39,691 nucleotides of DNA from Catajapyx aquilonaris (lineage: Eukaryota), in NCBI GenBank assembly GCA_000934665.2, contig JYFJ02003629.1:1-39691 (forward strand), in the 5' to 3' direction. The notes beneath the pieces are model-generated. The model did no database searches, had not been told where the DNA came from, and saw only the letters and a list, made by a program, of their open reading frames with translations. The position numbers and the translations under genes are program-made. How positions within the stretch are numbered: the stretch's first letter is position 1; each line of letters starts with the position of its first letter. This document shows, piece after piece, positions 1-12,525 of the stretch.

Positions 1-99
1 CAACCTCGCAACAACCTCGTTTCAACCTAAAATACAACCTTGCAACCATGGAACAACCACATACAACCTCACTACAACCTTAAAATTTCCGTAAGGGAA

Positions 100-480
100 G
101 GTTTAAAGTTAGTCAGTAAAGTTAAGGTTTAAAGTTAGTCGGTAAAGTTAAGGTTTAAGGTTAGTCAGTAAAGTTAAGGTTTAAAGTTAGTTGGTAAAGT
201 TAAGGTTTAAGGTTAGTCGGTAAAGTTAAGGTTTAAGGTTAGTCGGTAAAGTTAAGGTTTAAGGTTAGTCGGTAAAGTTAAGGTTTAAGGTTAGTCGGTA
301 AAGTTCAGGCTTAACGTTAGTTGGTAAAGTTTAGGTTTAATGTTGGTCGGTTATTAGCTAGTGCTCTTGGTTATAGGTTAGGTTACATTAAGTTAGGCTA
401 GTTTAGGTTATGTTTAATGATAGGTTATAGATTAGGTTTAAACATAGGTTACGTTAGGTTAGTGTAAGGTTAAGTTATTT
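100..480. repeat. 26-bp tandem repeat (GGTTTAARGTTAGTCGGTAAAGTTAA, about 9 copies) decaying into a GGTTA/TTAGG-rich tract
   Basis: The unit recurs with period 26 from 100 (100, 126, 152...) to about 345, followed by degenerate ggtta/ttagg repeats to about 480. Confidence 0.9.
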
Positions 481-517
481 TAAATTCACAATGTCAGAAG
501 TCGGCGCCTTTGATGTC

Positions 518-775
518 CGCATCTCTCTGTTTGGGGCCGTTGCCAAGGCTGGCGGCCATTTTGAAGTGTGGGCAACGCCAACGAGGTATAAATAGGTACA
601 GGCAAAAATACTCATCTTTGATGGTTTTGGCGGCCATGGCAACTACACGGCAAGAACATGCGCGAATCAAAGATGGCGGACCCTATTTTTGCCTGTACCC
701 TATTTATACCTCGTTGGCGTTGCCCACACTTCAAAATGGCTGCCAGCCTTGGCAACGGCCCCAAACAGAGATACG
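518..775. mobile_element. Foldback/MITE-like element with about 92-bp inverted arms
   Basis: 518-610 (cgcatctctctgtttggggccgttgccaaggctgg...ggcaaaaata) is the near-perfect reverse complement of 683-775. The inner catctttgat/atcaaagatg also pairs. No credible coding capacity. Confidence 0.8.
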
Positions 776-1436
776 CCGAAATCTAATGTTTGCACCTCTT
801 ATGTAGCGTATGCTCCCTGCCTATAGTGTAGCTGTAGCATCTACCTGTAAACCGCTTGCACGTACTGTACGAAGCTGTTTTTATTACGGCGCTAAGCAGT
901 GCGTCAACCATCAAGTGGACTTCTGGGACACCCTGTTGAACTGTAGTGCTAAAGGCAAGGTCATAATATTTCTCTCCATGGCCAGCGAATGGCCCATCTT
1001 GGAATAGCGGAACTAGGCAGCGAAAACGTTGTTAAACTCGGCGAAGATTGACCAATCAGCGAGCTCAGCAGTGCTCCAGCAACATCCAGTTTAAGTAGAA
1101 AATTACAGATAGGTTTCGCAATATGTTCATATGACATGTTTGTCCAACATGTAATGCTTTGAAGGATCAGAAATGAAGTACATGTTTCGACCTACATCTG
1201 TATATTTTTCGTACCGACTACAAAATAAACCTGTGATGAAAACATTTCACATCCAGTACGACCACTAGGAATGACTTTTTTCCTGTTAGAATCACATACA
1301 GTAATCAAAAGTAAAGGGTTTGTGGCTACCTGTTGCTCCACAATGGAGAAAAAGAGAAAATGAAGGAAAATAACTGTGGTAACTTCCAAATATGTCGTGG
1401 CACAAAAAATGCTGGAAAAAATGCGGTGGAATAAGT

Positions 1437-4400
1437 TCATCGGCGGTCGCGGTAGTGCCGGCTGCGATCACGGTCTCGGCGATCACTGGTCCGGCGCAGG
1501 AACTCATCTACAGACCGCTCGTACTGGAATGAAGTGGTGGCCATGTTTTTTCTGTGTCAGTATCACGCCTAATGATCATAACGACCTTACCTCACTGGTA
1601 CTGACAGATCTCTTATCCGAACGACTGGACCTCGGGTAATCCGGCAATGGAGGTCCGTCGTAATACCTCGGCGGCGGCGGCAAACTATCAAACGGTGGCT
1701 GTAATAAACAGTGCTTGGTAATCAACAATTCCACAATTTTCAAAAGAATAACAAGCCTCTACATACTGGTGGAGGGTATGGCATCGGGCCCAGTGGTGGT
1801 GCCCTGGAGTGAAACTCGTGCAAAAAATCAGAGTAGGTCTGCAAATTCACATGATTAGTAAATTAACGAGGGAGTTGTCAAAATTAATGTTGCAAAAACT
1901 GTTCATACTCCATTGAAAGGACGATCCCTTGGGTACAGTCGTCCTGGTGAGCGATCACGTCGGGTGTCCTTTAGGAAGCCCTTGAACATGTCGAATGCAC
2001 CTAGAAGGAGAGAGATGTAAACTTTTTAAACTCATGAACTACATGGTGATTCAGAGGGTTGTTGCCTTGCCTTCAAAACCACGGCTTCGCTTTCGGGGTG
2101 GTCCATAATCGTCGTCGAGTCGCCTCCGCCTCCTGCCCCTATCAAGTAATTTTAAATTTCCAAGTGGATTGTCATGATTGTTACATGAACGGACACGAAA
2201 TCACAACTTGTCTCCAGTTGTAGTAACGTGCCAAACTGCAGGTGACAGAAACATGCTCTTTGTGTTGCAGTACTTTAACAGGGTGAATGCCCATAATTGG
2301 GGATTTCATACAGTCTTTCTAATTACACTCTCACGTATTATGTCAAAAAAGTTGAGCCAAAACTTATCCTGACCTTGCCTACACAAAAGTGCGCAGGTTT
2401 CTTCCGTCCAACCTTTACTTGCACTGAAATGGTGATAGTTACATAATGACGTGGCACGTTCGTACGAAACATTTTTACACTACACTCGAATAACCTAACG
2501 TGAGTTACACAAGTGTCAGCACTTTAAGAATAAAAGCCTCAACTTACCACTACACAACAATGCAAACAGGAGAGCATTATTAATGCAGCATAATGTCACA
2601 CAAGCGACAATCACAATGCAAAAGTATTTAAACACCATCTATATATCCTAGCGAATCCTAACAAATTCATCGAGATTTCCAGCACAAGCAACATGTTTCT
2701 ATCGCACACCTGCAGCATACAGCAACATACGTACTTCAACTTGAAACGGATTCACATAACATACTGGGTGCTTGACCATGATGGAGCAACAACTGGTTCA
2801 CCTGTACTCAAAATGCGAATAGAGCAGGCGTGCAATCTACAGTGCAAGGGTGTCTACTCCACGATTGCATAGGAAGCAAGGTGGGAAGTTCAACAACTAA
2901 TCACATAAAAGAGATTGCCAACATTTTCACTATGCGATGAGCGCTTTTGCAGTTACCCTCTTCTGCTGCAATCTTGGGCTAGACGATGCCTTTCAACAAG
3001 TTCAAGCAGTGGGAGTGTACCCATACGTAGGACCACCGTTCAATTTCATCACATCGTACAGGCAGTTTTTTTTTACAGGAAATGTTTTGAAACTCTCTTC
3101 ACACCCTAAAGGCCCTTGCGAAAATGCTAGAAACTTATGGAATTTTGTGCGGATTAACTGATTTCGCTGCCCCATACAAAACATTTCTTGAACAAAACAG
3201 TCACTTGCTCAGTCATTAGAATGGTCAGTGGCACATACGGAAAATATGTCTCTCTGTATGCAGCTCTTTTAATTACTCCACTTCAAGAAGATCAATAACT
3301 CGGGATCAATAAATATTTTTACCATTAAATAGAAGGAATGCTAGCAAATAAAATATGGAATCAGTAGAACAAATCTCAAGTTCCAAGAGCGAAATAGATA
3401 CCTACAAACACCGTACTTTATTTGCTAGTATTATTTCTACGCAAGCAATTCCGCACGTCTGACTAACCACACTCGCACACCTCCTACATCGTGATAAAAA
3501 TACACATTAATTTGCAAATATTCCTATCACAATGCAGGAAGAATGTTTGCACACATGAAGAGACAAGCGATGCTTAAATTACTTAGGATTCAAAAGGACA
3601 CGTAATGCAGATATTATTACCTCATGTCCTGCAGATTGTGTCTCAACTTAAACAAAAATTCGTCGTTCCACGACTCTGTGTACCTGGGATTGAAAACATT
3701 GCATTAATTCTCTCTTCCATCGGAACTGTGACTAACCCCTTTTTTTTTTACAAAAAAATAACTTCTGATTCTTAACTAATGTACAGCTAGCTTAAGCACT
3801 ACCTGCATAAAACCTGTTAGTCTCTTACGGATATAAAGTTGTACATCTAAGTGTATTTTTAAGCACTCGTGGAATGCCCAATTCTACAACTTCCAGTGAT
3901 GCAATTTTTCTCACTCCTTTTCACTGTTTCCGGAGATGATTATTAGATTCTGCATAATGTCATGCGATTAGGAAGCAACAAAATATCTTTTTGTTTGACC
4001 TTCTGGCTTTGAATTGACATGCGTTAAGCTCTGCATGTTTTCCATAATCACCCGGTTGTAGAATTAGTTTTCTCGTATTATCGAAATTCCTTAAATTTTT
4101 ACAACTTGATGTTCTTCCGCTCCTGATGATCCCACTCTTTAATCAATGCCCTTTGACGCAGCAACTACGCCAAGAAGCACTAATTGATAACAATGAGCTT
4201 CAGGAGTGAAGGAACATCATTACGTAAAATTACTTTACGGCTCAACTATAAATACCATATCATTACCATTCTAATTAAAAATTTCGTATGTCAAATATGT
4301 CCAAATCAATCCAAGAATTTACATCTCACATTCCTTTCAGAAATTTTTATAGACTTATGTCGCTAATAACACCTACCACAATGTGTTAGGCTTCCAAATA

Positions 4401-7400
4401 TAGACTCTTTTTTTTTCACCTTCCATTATTAAATTTTTTTTTTTTGAGAAAAGAAAGCATGATCAGTGCAACCTACCGTGACCCCACAGACGACCCCATG
4501 TTTTCACACAGCTGCAGGTCAGAGCACGGATGGTGCATCTGCCACACAACACAACACTCACAGAACCACTTCTTTTTTCTTTTCTTTTTTAAAAATGTCT
4601 CTTTCTCTCTCTCCCCCTCTAAAAACAGTCCCCTATTTCTTTTATATGCTTCGGGCCATAACTTGGTACCACCCCTCGGAGAGTTCCATATTTCAACAAA
4701 AAAAGAAAATAAATCTTGTGTGTCCCCCTGGCGAGTGGCGAACAGTTCCACTAATCTACTTATTCATAGGGTAGTCCCCAAATGTCCAGAGTTCCGGTCA
4801 ACTGAAAATGTGACCCAAAAAAAACAACATAATTCAACCGACCACTCACCAAGGGGGGAGGGGAACTTCACTTATTCTCGGAAAATGCGCACCACTGTTT
4901 TTTAAACCACTTATTCGGCGATCAAGGTCCCGAGTCCTCATATTTTCTTTCGCCAAAGAAAAAACTCTTTATGTAAAGAGTGATGGGATTCTAGGAGAAG
5001 GGTATTTTTTTTTTTCAGGTGATCCATGGTGCGAAAAACAGACACTTGTGTGTTCGTAAACAACAATGGAGTCCTGTGTACCTCCCAGAATCGTGCAACC
5101 GGCCTGGAAACGCAGAGCTACGTGGCTGCTGCTGCTGCATCTGGAGCGAGGAGTGTGACGGAGGACTCATGCGACCACTGCCTCCTCCGCTCCCACTTCC
5201 GCCTCCACCGCCTCCTCCTCGGCGGCCGCTTCCTCCGCTGCTGCGTGACCCGCTGCCTCCATTTCCAACATTGCCTCGGGGACGAACAGCACGCGAGGCC
5301 TCCTTGGACTTGCGAAGTATTGGGGTCATCTCGATGCCTTCATCCAGCGGAAACAGGCGGCACAGTTCCTCAGCCACGCGGGGCTCTATCTCCTGAAAAA
5401 TCAACATGTCACAATGTTGCAAAATCACAATAAACAACATCAAACAATAGATATCGATTAACATTTCCCCCTAAAGGCTCCACAAACATAATTTTGTTTT
5501 AAAATAATATTGATTATAAACATGTAAAACATACAAAAGCCATTACTTTACAATCGCAAGTCAAGCAGCTCATTTTATTACCACGATAGAAAAAAAGTTA
5601 TTTCTAAAATTCCACCCTTTATTATTTTTAACTGGTTGCTACACTGAACATTCTTTGCAAACAGTACATTATGTAACAGTGTGTATGAAAATTCACAGGC
5701 AATGTTTTCGATTGGAATGACATGCAGAAAGCAATGTTGATCTTACCTGTCCGTCTCGACCGATTTTGACAGGCTTCCCTTCGTTCCAGGGATTGTACAA
5801 ATGTTGCGTTTTAGTGAATGGCAGTTCCTTCCTGAAATGAAAAAAAAAAAAAGTCCTTCGTGGTAACACGTATCCTAAGTGTTGTCACTGGTGATCTTAC
5901 CTGCATATCCAGTCTAATCGGAACACTCCTCCCAAAGCCTTGGCCGACAGCCCAGGAGGAAGGACCCATGAAATTGGTGGGCCATCTCGGCGGGACTCAC
6001 TGCCCAGGCGACAAAACCCTGCAAATACAGGCAGTGTTACATGTAATTATAACTTCAAGCTATGATCCTCCGAATGGAAATAAAAAGTACGCAGTTCGCA
6101 CCTGCAAATTTTCCGCTCTCCTTCACTGAGAAGATCAGCATGACATTTCTCGACTCTCGATAAGCTTGGTTCAGTTTGGCCTCATTTTGCGGCGGAGTGG
6201 ACCAAACCCCTTTGGCTTTGGACAAAGCTACGTTCTCTGCATTGTTGCTCTTCATCAGAAAGAAGCGGGCGTCACGGAACAAATAGTTCAACTTCGTTAT
6301 GAAATCTGATGACAAAGGACCAATTAGTCAACTTGAATACGGCAACAAAAGTGTTTCGAAACATACCATAAGACTTGCCCTTTCGCCCGGCCTTCCCATG
6401 CTTCGGGCTTTGGCCTGCAGGTGAAAACAAACAAATCAGTTACACTAAGCAAACTAGCCTAACTACAATTATAATGGAACACAAAAATGTAGTCCGGTTG
6501 TCAATTATATTTTTCAAAGGATTCCTGCAAGAAGATGCTTTACCTCACATTCTTTTTAATATTTTCATGCCATATCTTAATTATCTAGCAAGAGTGGATG
6601 ACCTTCGAAAATAACACTTACCGGGGCTTGCTGTGCGGATTTCAGGTGACTCCGAACGCCTGCGCTTTCCACTCGATTCATCTGTAAATTAATACAAACA
6701 AACTTGTGAGTACAGCCACTTTCGACTAAAGAATGATGATAATGCGGTGTAAACTATAACATATCAACAAATAGAGGCATCAATCACATAACTATTGCAA
6801 GTCCAGCACATCCGTACCTGAATCAGAGGATGCAGAGCTCATGCTGGGGTCACTCGATCCCGAGTCGTCGTCACTCGAAGAGGAGCTAACCTCACTCCTG
6901 GTGTCATACTCGGGCATCTCCTCGTCCTTGAAGTCATCACCAGTCACTTCAGACTTCACCGAGTCTCCACTTCCACCCCTGTCCGCACCACCTTCCGGCT
7001 TCTCCTCCGCAGCTGTAATCAAAGAGTACCTCATAAATTCCTTTCTGTACACTCCGCACGTTTTATCACAATTCATGCACGAACCCAGTTTCTAAGAAAT
7101 AATAAATCTACCATGAAAGTTTAAAGCCCCACTCTAGTAAGCAAACGACCAAATTAAACGGCCACCGTATCCCAACATTTAGAGATAATACAAGGAATGT
7201 ACCCACAAGGATTCCGAGCATCAAAAAAAAAAAGCTACAGACAGTGTTTCACAACGACTAATGCTAAAACACCAACAAATCCAGCTTAAGTAATTGTAAA
7301 CAAGACACATTTCACACAGAAGCAGTGAAAACAATCACATCCATATTGCACAATTGTCATAAAAAGTACTACAATGCTGCATGTATTTGACATATTTCAA

Positions 7401-9125
7401 CATTATAAGTTCTGTGACATTGTCCTCAGGTAATTTTTATTAATAATTAATGCACGTTTCTATTAATCTTTTGCAATACTTGAACAAACGGGACAAAACC
7501 GAGGCTCGCTTTTTCATATATTAATAGATCTACCGCAAAAAAAAATGTCGCAGTTCACGGCAGAAATCGCACCCTTCGAAATACCGCCACAAACAGAAAA
7601 ATCAGTGTCCATGACATTATAATAACGCATTTTAATGAAAGATTTCATTACGACTTGAAATAATATAAACAGCAACCCAAAACTTGACACAAAACGGAAA
7701 CCAGCCCACCATAAAATAATGGAGAAAATTAACATTCCCAGGGAGCTGATAATTAAAAGAGCAAAAAGGAGGTTAGCGTCAAGCATAAAAAGGCAGCTTA
7801 TTTTCTGCGCAGTAGTTGTTTTCTTTACATTTTTTAAAAAAAGGGGGAGTTAATGACTGACTACTGTCGTCTACCTCCACTCCCTTGATCTTCCTTTGAA
7901 GTTACGTCTGATTTCTCCTCTTTCAACTCAGCCTTACTTTCTTCACTGCTCGTCTTACTCTTCTTCACCGATTCCTTCACTGACTTTGCTTTTCCAGTTT
8001 CGACCGACTTCTTCACTTTTTCTGTCAGGACAAACATTTTCCACATGTGCATAAAACACATAGGTGCAACGACTAGTTTATAAAAGAGGAATTACTAACC
8101 AGTCTTTTCCACCTCCTTGGTCTGTGGAGTTGCCTTGTGGTCGGCGGCTTTTGAAGTAACTTTCTTTCCTGACGATGTCCTCTTAGCAGCAGTCTAAATT
8201 GTATGGAAAATTATTACAATGTTGTCATTGCAATGTTACCTCGGCAAGTCTGGATTTTATGCATCAGATTTTTCCATGTCACTTACCTTAGGTTTTTCCT
8301 CCGTGTTCTCTTTCTTAGCTGCAGTTTCACTCGTAGCTTTTCCTGCAGACTTCCGAGTGACTCGCCTTTCCGGCTGGACCTCCGTCGCTGTTTGAGATTT
8401 GGTCCTCGCCTTCCGTACAGACTTCCGCTGCAAATATCGTGACACATAATGATTTTGCTAATTAAGAAATCGTTAAATACTTACCGGAGACCGCTTCGGC
8501 GTCACCTTCTTCGCAGCCTTCTTGGGTTCATCTGCTTTGTCAGAACTTGTCGGCGACTTCTTCAGGTCTGTCAAAGAATAATATACTACTCGTACTATAA
8601 CAATTACAGTCGAACGCTTCATGTACGAGAAAGCAGCCAAATTAAAAGTGCACACAAATAAATTCATAGCAATATTTTTGTTCTGACTCATTACATCACG
8701 TATAAAATTATGAACCATTTTGGTGCAAATCACTGTACCTGTACTTATAAGTAATTTGCATGAAATGTCGTGAAACGTACAATGATGTCATTTGTTTTAA
8801 AAAAGCTCACCCTTCAGTTCTTCGGACAGTTCGTCAAACACTTCTGATGAGTTCTCCAATATCTCATCCAAGAGGTTCACCTCCGTGTCCCCTAGAACGC
8901 AACGAACAGAAAAATTAGAATATAAAAAACTCATCGCTCTTGTTCTTATACGCTCAGAATAATTGCGACGCTAATAATTTCTTGAGATCAACGCCATTTG
9001 ACCTAAGAAAGGTCATTCCTCCAAAACTCTTCGAACAAAATGTTGACCATTTAAAAAGGGGGGGAAAAAAAGAAGAACCCTTTTGATTTTTTACCCTTGG
9101 TCTCTGGATTGTCCCCTTCGCTCAT
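1437..9125 (-). CDS. YTHDC1: YTH domain-containing protein 1 (YT521-B), nuclear m6A reader; 18 coding exons, about 674 aa
   Basis: Exons 9125-9095, 8891-8811, 8567-8485, 8427-8287, 8193-8100, 8021-7875, 7012-6818, 6681-6622, 6414-6367, 6305-6102, 6018-5901, 5831-5747, 5392-5082, 2138-2071, 2000-1909, 1838-1767, 1698-1591 and 1523-1437 join in frame (2025 nt). YTH domain: [25 protein letters not shown]...[17 protein letters not shown]...WVLPPG...[25 protein letters not shown]1-type motifs are also present: [24 protein letters not shown] and C-terminal SVDEFLRRT followed by an RD-rich tail. Confidence 0.95.
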
Positions 9126-9822
9126 CCTGGGCGCATCAGACCCCCAGCAGATCTTTACAACAAAAAAACCTTCCTCCAACTGGACCAACTGGTCTAGAAT
9201 CCTCCGCACAAAAAGAACGGACGGAAAAATGCTCAAAACGTAGATAGAAAATGGCAAAATAAATTCCACGGCACAAAATGTAAGATGGCGAACCAAGGTC
9301 AAGGACCATGGCATAAGAAAGCAGCTGAGGAGGGGGCGGAGGGGGGGTAAATGTAAAAGAGAGAGAGAAAAGGAAAGATTGTAGCTTATTAATACATGAA
9401 AACAATAAATTAGTTTAAAATAATAAATAAATAATTTAGATTATTCGGAGAAGTGGAGAAAACAAAGATGGCGGATGACATGCATCGCCTCTAGCGGCCA
9501 GTATGCGCAAGTTGAATTTTATTCAAATTCTGGCGGGAGCTGTTGAGAATTTTTAATTTTAATAATTTTAAATTAACAAGCTCAATTTTTAAAAAAAAAA
9601 TGGTACCGCTGCTTTTTGTCACGTCCAGGACATGATGGTGCATACTGGGAATTTCAGACGAAATTGTGCAATTATTATTTAAGACAATATTCGCAATGCC
9701 TACTTTTTTTTTTGCAAAAACACGTGCAATGTACATAAGAGATAATGGGAAGAAGCCATTGCTAATTAGTCCAACAATCAGTTTTTAAAATGCCCAGAAA
9801 ACGATAATGTTACTGTATAATC

Positions 9823-9824
<2 letters not shown>

Positions 9825-9893
<69 letters not shown>
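9825..9893. repeat. (ATT)n microsatellite
   Basis: Pure att run. It generates the spurious poly-Ile ORFs in the track. Confidence 0.95.
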
Positions 9894-11130
9894 GATATTA
9901 GGAGGTTGGCACAGCATTGCCTTTCAACCTCCAAGGACAGGGAAGAAAGGAAGCGGCTGTGGCCTATTATATATGGAAACAACACCGGATCCCTGATCTA
10001 GCAACAATCAGTATTTTAATCTGCATTTGCATAGATTGTCAAGCAGCAGATATGGTAATGTTACCGTTGGTTCGTGGGAGTGGGTTAGGTTCAAATAATC
10101 TTGGTGCGTGGCCAGGCGTGGCTGCTACTGTATAAGTGAAGTTAGTTGTAATCTAGTGTATTTACAAATGTTTTCCCATAATCGTTAAAGTACAATGTTA
10201 ATTACTTGTATTACCCTAGCCTATACATACAAATTCCAATCAGTTACGCGTTGTCTCTACACCAGCCTGGGAAAGTGCCAGCCTCGCGGGTTAAATACGA
10301 GCAGTTACATGCGAATTACGAGTCCAGTATATAAGAGCGTGATAAGAGTAACTTCTTGACAGGACAAGAGAGTTCCTGGGCGCGGGCTAGGACTCGCAAT
10401 TCGCATGTAACTGCTCGTACTTGCATCGCTATTGCACAAAGTCAACTTGTTTTGCCCAATGTGGCAATATTTATGCACGTGTAACTCATTAAGATAGGGA
10501 TTGCAAAATCCCCTTGCAACAGTAATGACCAAAGTAATGACGTTCCCACAAATTGATCAGAAATATTGACAATATTTCTTTACTGAACTTAAAAGACGAA
10601 TACAGTGTCGCGTCAAGGAGGTATGAACTTGTGATGGCCAGTAATATTTATATTGAACATGGAAAATATCCTGCAACACTACTGCAAAAATCTAGAAGCC
10701 CACCACAACGTCTGCATGAAAGTCTCGTATACGCATTTTTAATGTTGCGGAACTGGTTTTCCAGACACTGTGTGATAAACGCATGGGTTATTATAATATA
10801 TAAAGCAGACTCTGGATTTATGCAAAATTACATGCTGCCATAATTTGCACCTCCACAATGAAGAATGATCGGCTTACGTAATGGGGGGAAAACCAGTGTG
10901 TCCCTCCCCCCCACCACCACCATACCCCGCCCTTCCAAATAATTCTGCGAACAAGCCCTGCACTTGACTCTTGATGTACGCAGTAATAACTCTGCGCGAA
11001 ATATTTCCGGTGGCGGGGTATTACAGAGGTTGACGTCTAGGAATTTTTCATGGGCGAGGTTTCTCGATGCCAGTCACCTTTTGCAGAAGGTCAAAAGCTG
11101 CGGAACTAGTTTACTCTTATCAAGCTCGAG

Positions 11131-11138
11131 TATATAAA
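11131..11138 (+). promoter_or_regulatory. TATA box of the first CS-alpha-beta gene
   Basis: TATATAAA about 80 nt upstream of the ATG at 11213. Confidence 0.55.
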
Positions 11139-11212
11139 GGATCGGAAGATGTGGGTACGAGGCTTCAGATGCACATAGGGACCTTAAGCGTGTTATATAG
11201 TGGTCGAAAAAT

Positions 11213-12525
11213 ATGTGGACTCTGCTTATTCTCACTGTTATGGGTAAGTTAATACTTATTTCATCTCTACGTTGCGACTTAATTTGTATTATTTATTACA
11301 CTTTTATTTTGTGCCATACCTGTCATTAATATTGCTACTCTGTTGGACCATAATAATTTGGCAATGAATTTTCGCCAATAGAAGCAATAATATTAGCCTT
11401 ATTACTATACATTACTGATTACATTCATTATTTGATTTTACTGGTAAGTGAAAATGCAAAAAAAACTTTTATGTCAATATTGTATAACTTTGTTGTGCCA
11501 AAATAATTTGGCAGTGAATTTTAGACCACTAGAAAACAGTAATAAGCAATTGGTGGTACTCATTCATTAGGCTACTGATTTTATGCAGATAACGTGCAAA
11601 TGACCTTTATTTATGTTTGTCATCAGTTGCGTCATGTACCGGCGCTCCAGCCAACGATTCCTCATTGGAACTGTTGCCATTGAACATCAAATGCTCCATG
11701 TTGGTCTACACTCCTGAGGCCAACAGAAACAACAGCTGTTACGTCAACTGCGTCCTCTTCAACAAGGATGGTGGCTACTGCGACCAGGAGGACAACTGCA
11801 TGTGCTACATGGGCACACCGAACAGCAGAGTGACCATCGTGTCTCCTACGCCACCTAAATGCTCGGACATGGACAGTACGTACATCAAGGACGAGGAGTT
11901 GAACTGCTACATGGCCTGTGCAGTGTCAGGGTACTACGGTGGTACCTGCATGGAAGACTTTTGTCTCTGTTTGGAGAACCGGAAGCCTGATATGAAGATT
12001 GACCTTCGTGGTGTTGACCAGTGCAGCCAGCTACAGGAGGTGCATCGGAAGGCTTGTGGGTACAAATGTACGGCGGAGAAACACGTCGGAGGGTACTGCG
12101 AGGACATCGATGGACAATGTCAGTGTTTGTCATTGTCGATTAACCAACAAGTCAAGCATGGTGACCGGATTGGACTTGTGACCTCTGAAGGTGTTGAGAA
12201 GAAGGTGGAGGTCACCCAGCTGCTTCAGGCAAGTCGGAAGACATACTGCTCGTCTCTTCGAGCCATTACCAAGACCCAGAGCAAGAAAGGTCTGTGCTCA
12301 ATGTTCTGCTCAAAGTACAACTTTCACGGTGGGTTTTGCGGAGTACAAGACGAGTGTCTCTGTGTCAAGCATGTCAAAGGTCTTGACGAATTGGGTGTCC
12401 GGATTGAGGATCTGACCACCACCACAGAAGGGTATGACGAAACCTCGACATATGCTCCAGAGTATGACTATTGGGCCACTGAAGATGACCAAGTGCCCAC
12501 AACAATTGCTTCAATTGCTGAGTAG
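11213..12525 (+). CDS. Secreted protein with four tandem CS-alpha-beta (defensin/scorpion-toxin-like) domains and a Thr/acidic tail, about 309 aa
   Basis: Exon 1 11213-11243 (MWTLLILTVM, donor G|gtaagt) plus exon 2 11627-12525 gives the signal peptide MWTLLILTVMVASCTG. It is followed by four C-x10-15-C-x3-C-x9-C-x4-6-C-x-C units, each with GG[YTF]C. AATAAA lies at about 12568. Confidence 0.85.

Noticed and set aside
360..480. Telomeric (TTAGG)n array
   Set aside because: Only scattered degenerate GGTTA/TTAGG words adjoining a 26-bp repeat, with no regular pentamer array.
2542..2551. 2-nt micro-exon (ag|TG|gtaagt) and a similar 5-nt candidate at 2374-2378 in the YTHDC1 intron
   Set aside because: The splice-like signals are suggestive, but such short exons cannot be supported without reads. 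The strong donor may belong to a longer unrecognised exon.
9785..10001. Poly-Ile ORFs (also the poly-Asn/Tyr/Met ORFs at 30337-30734)
   Set aside because: They are translations of trinucleotide microsatellites.
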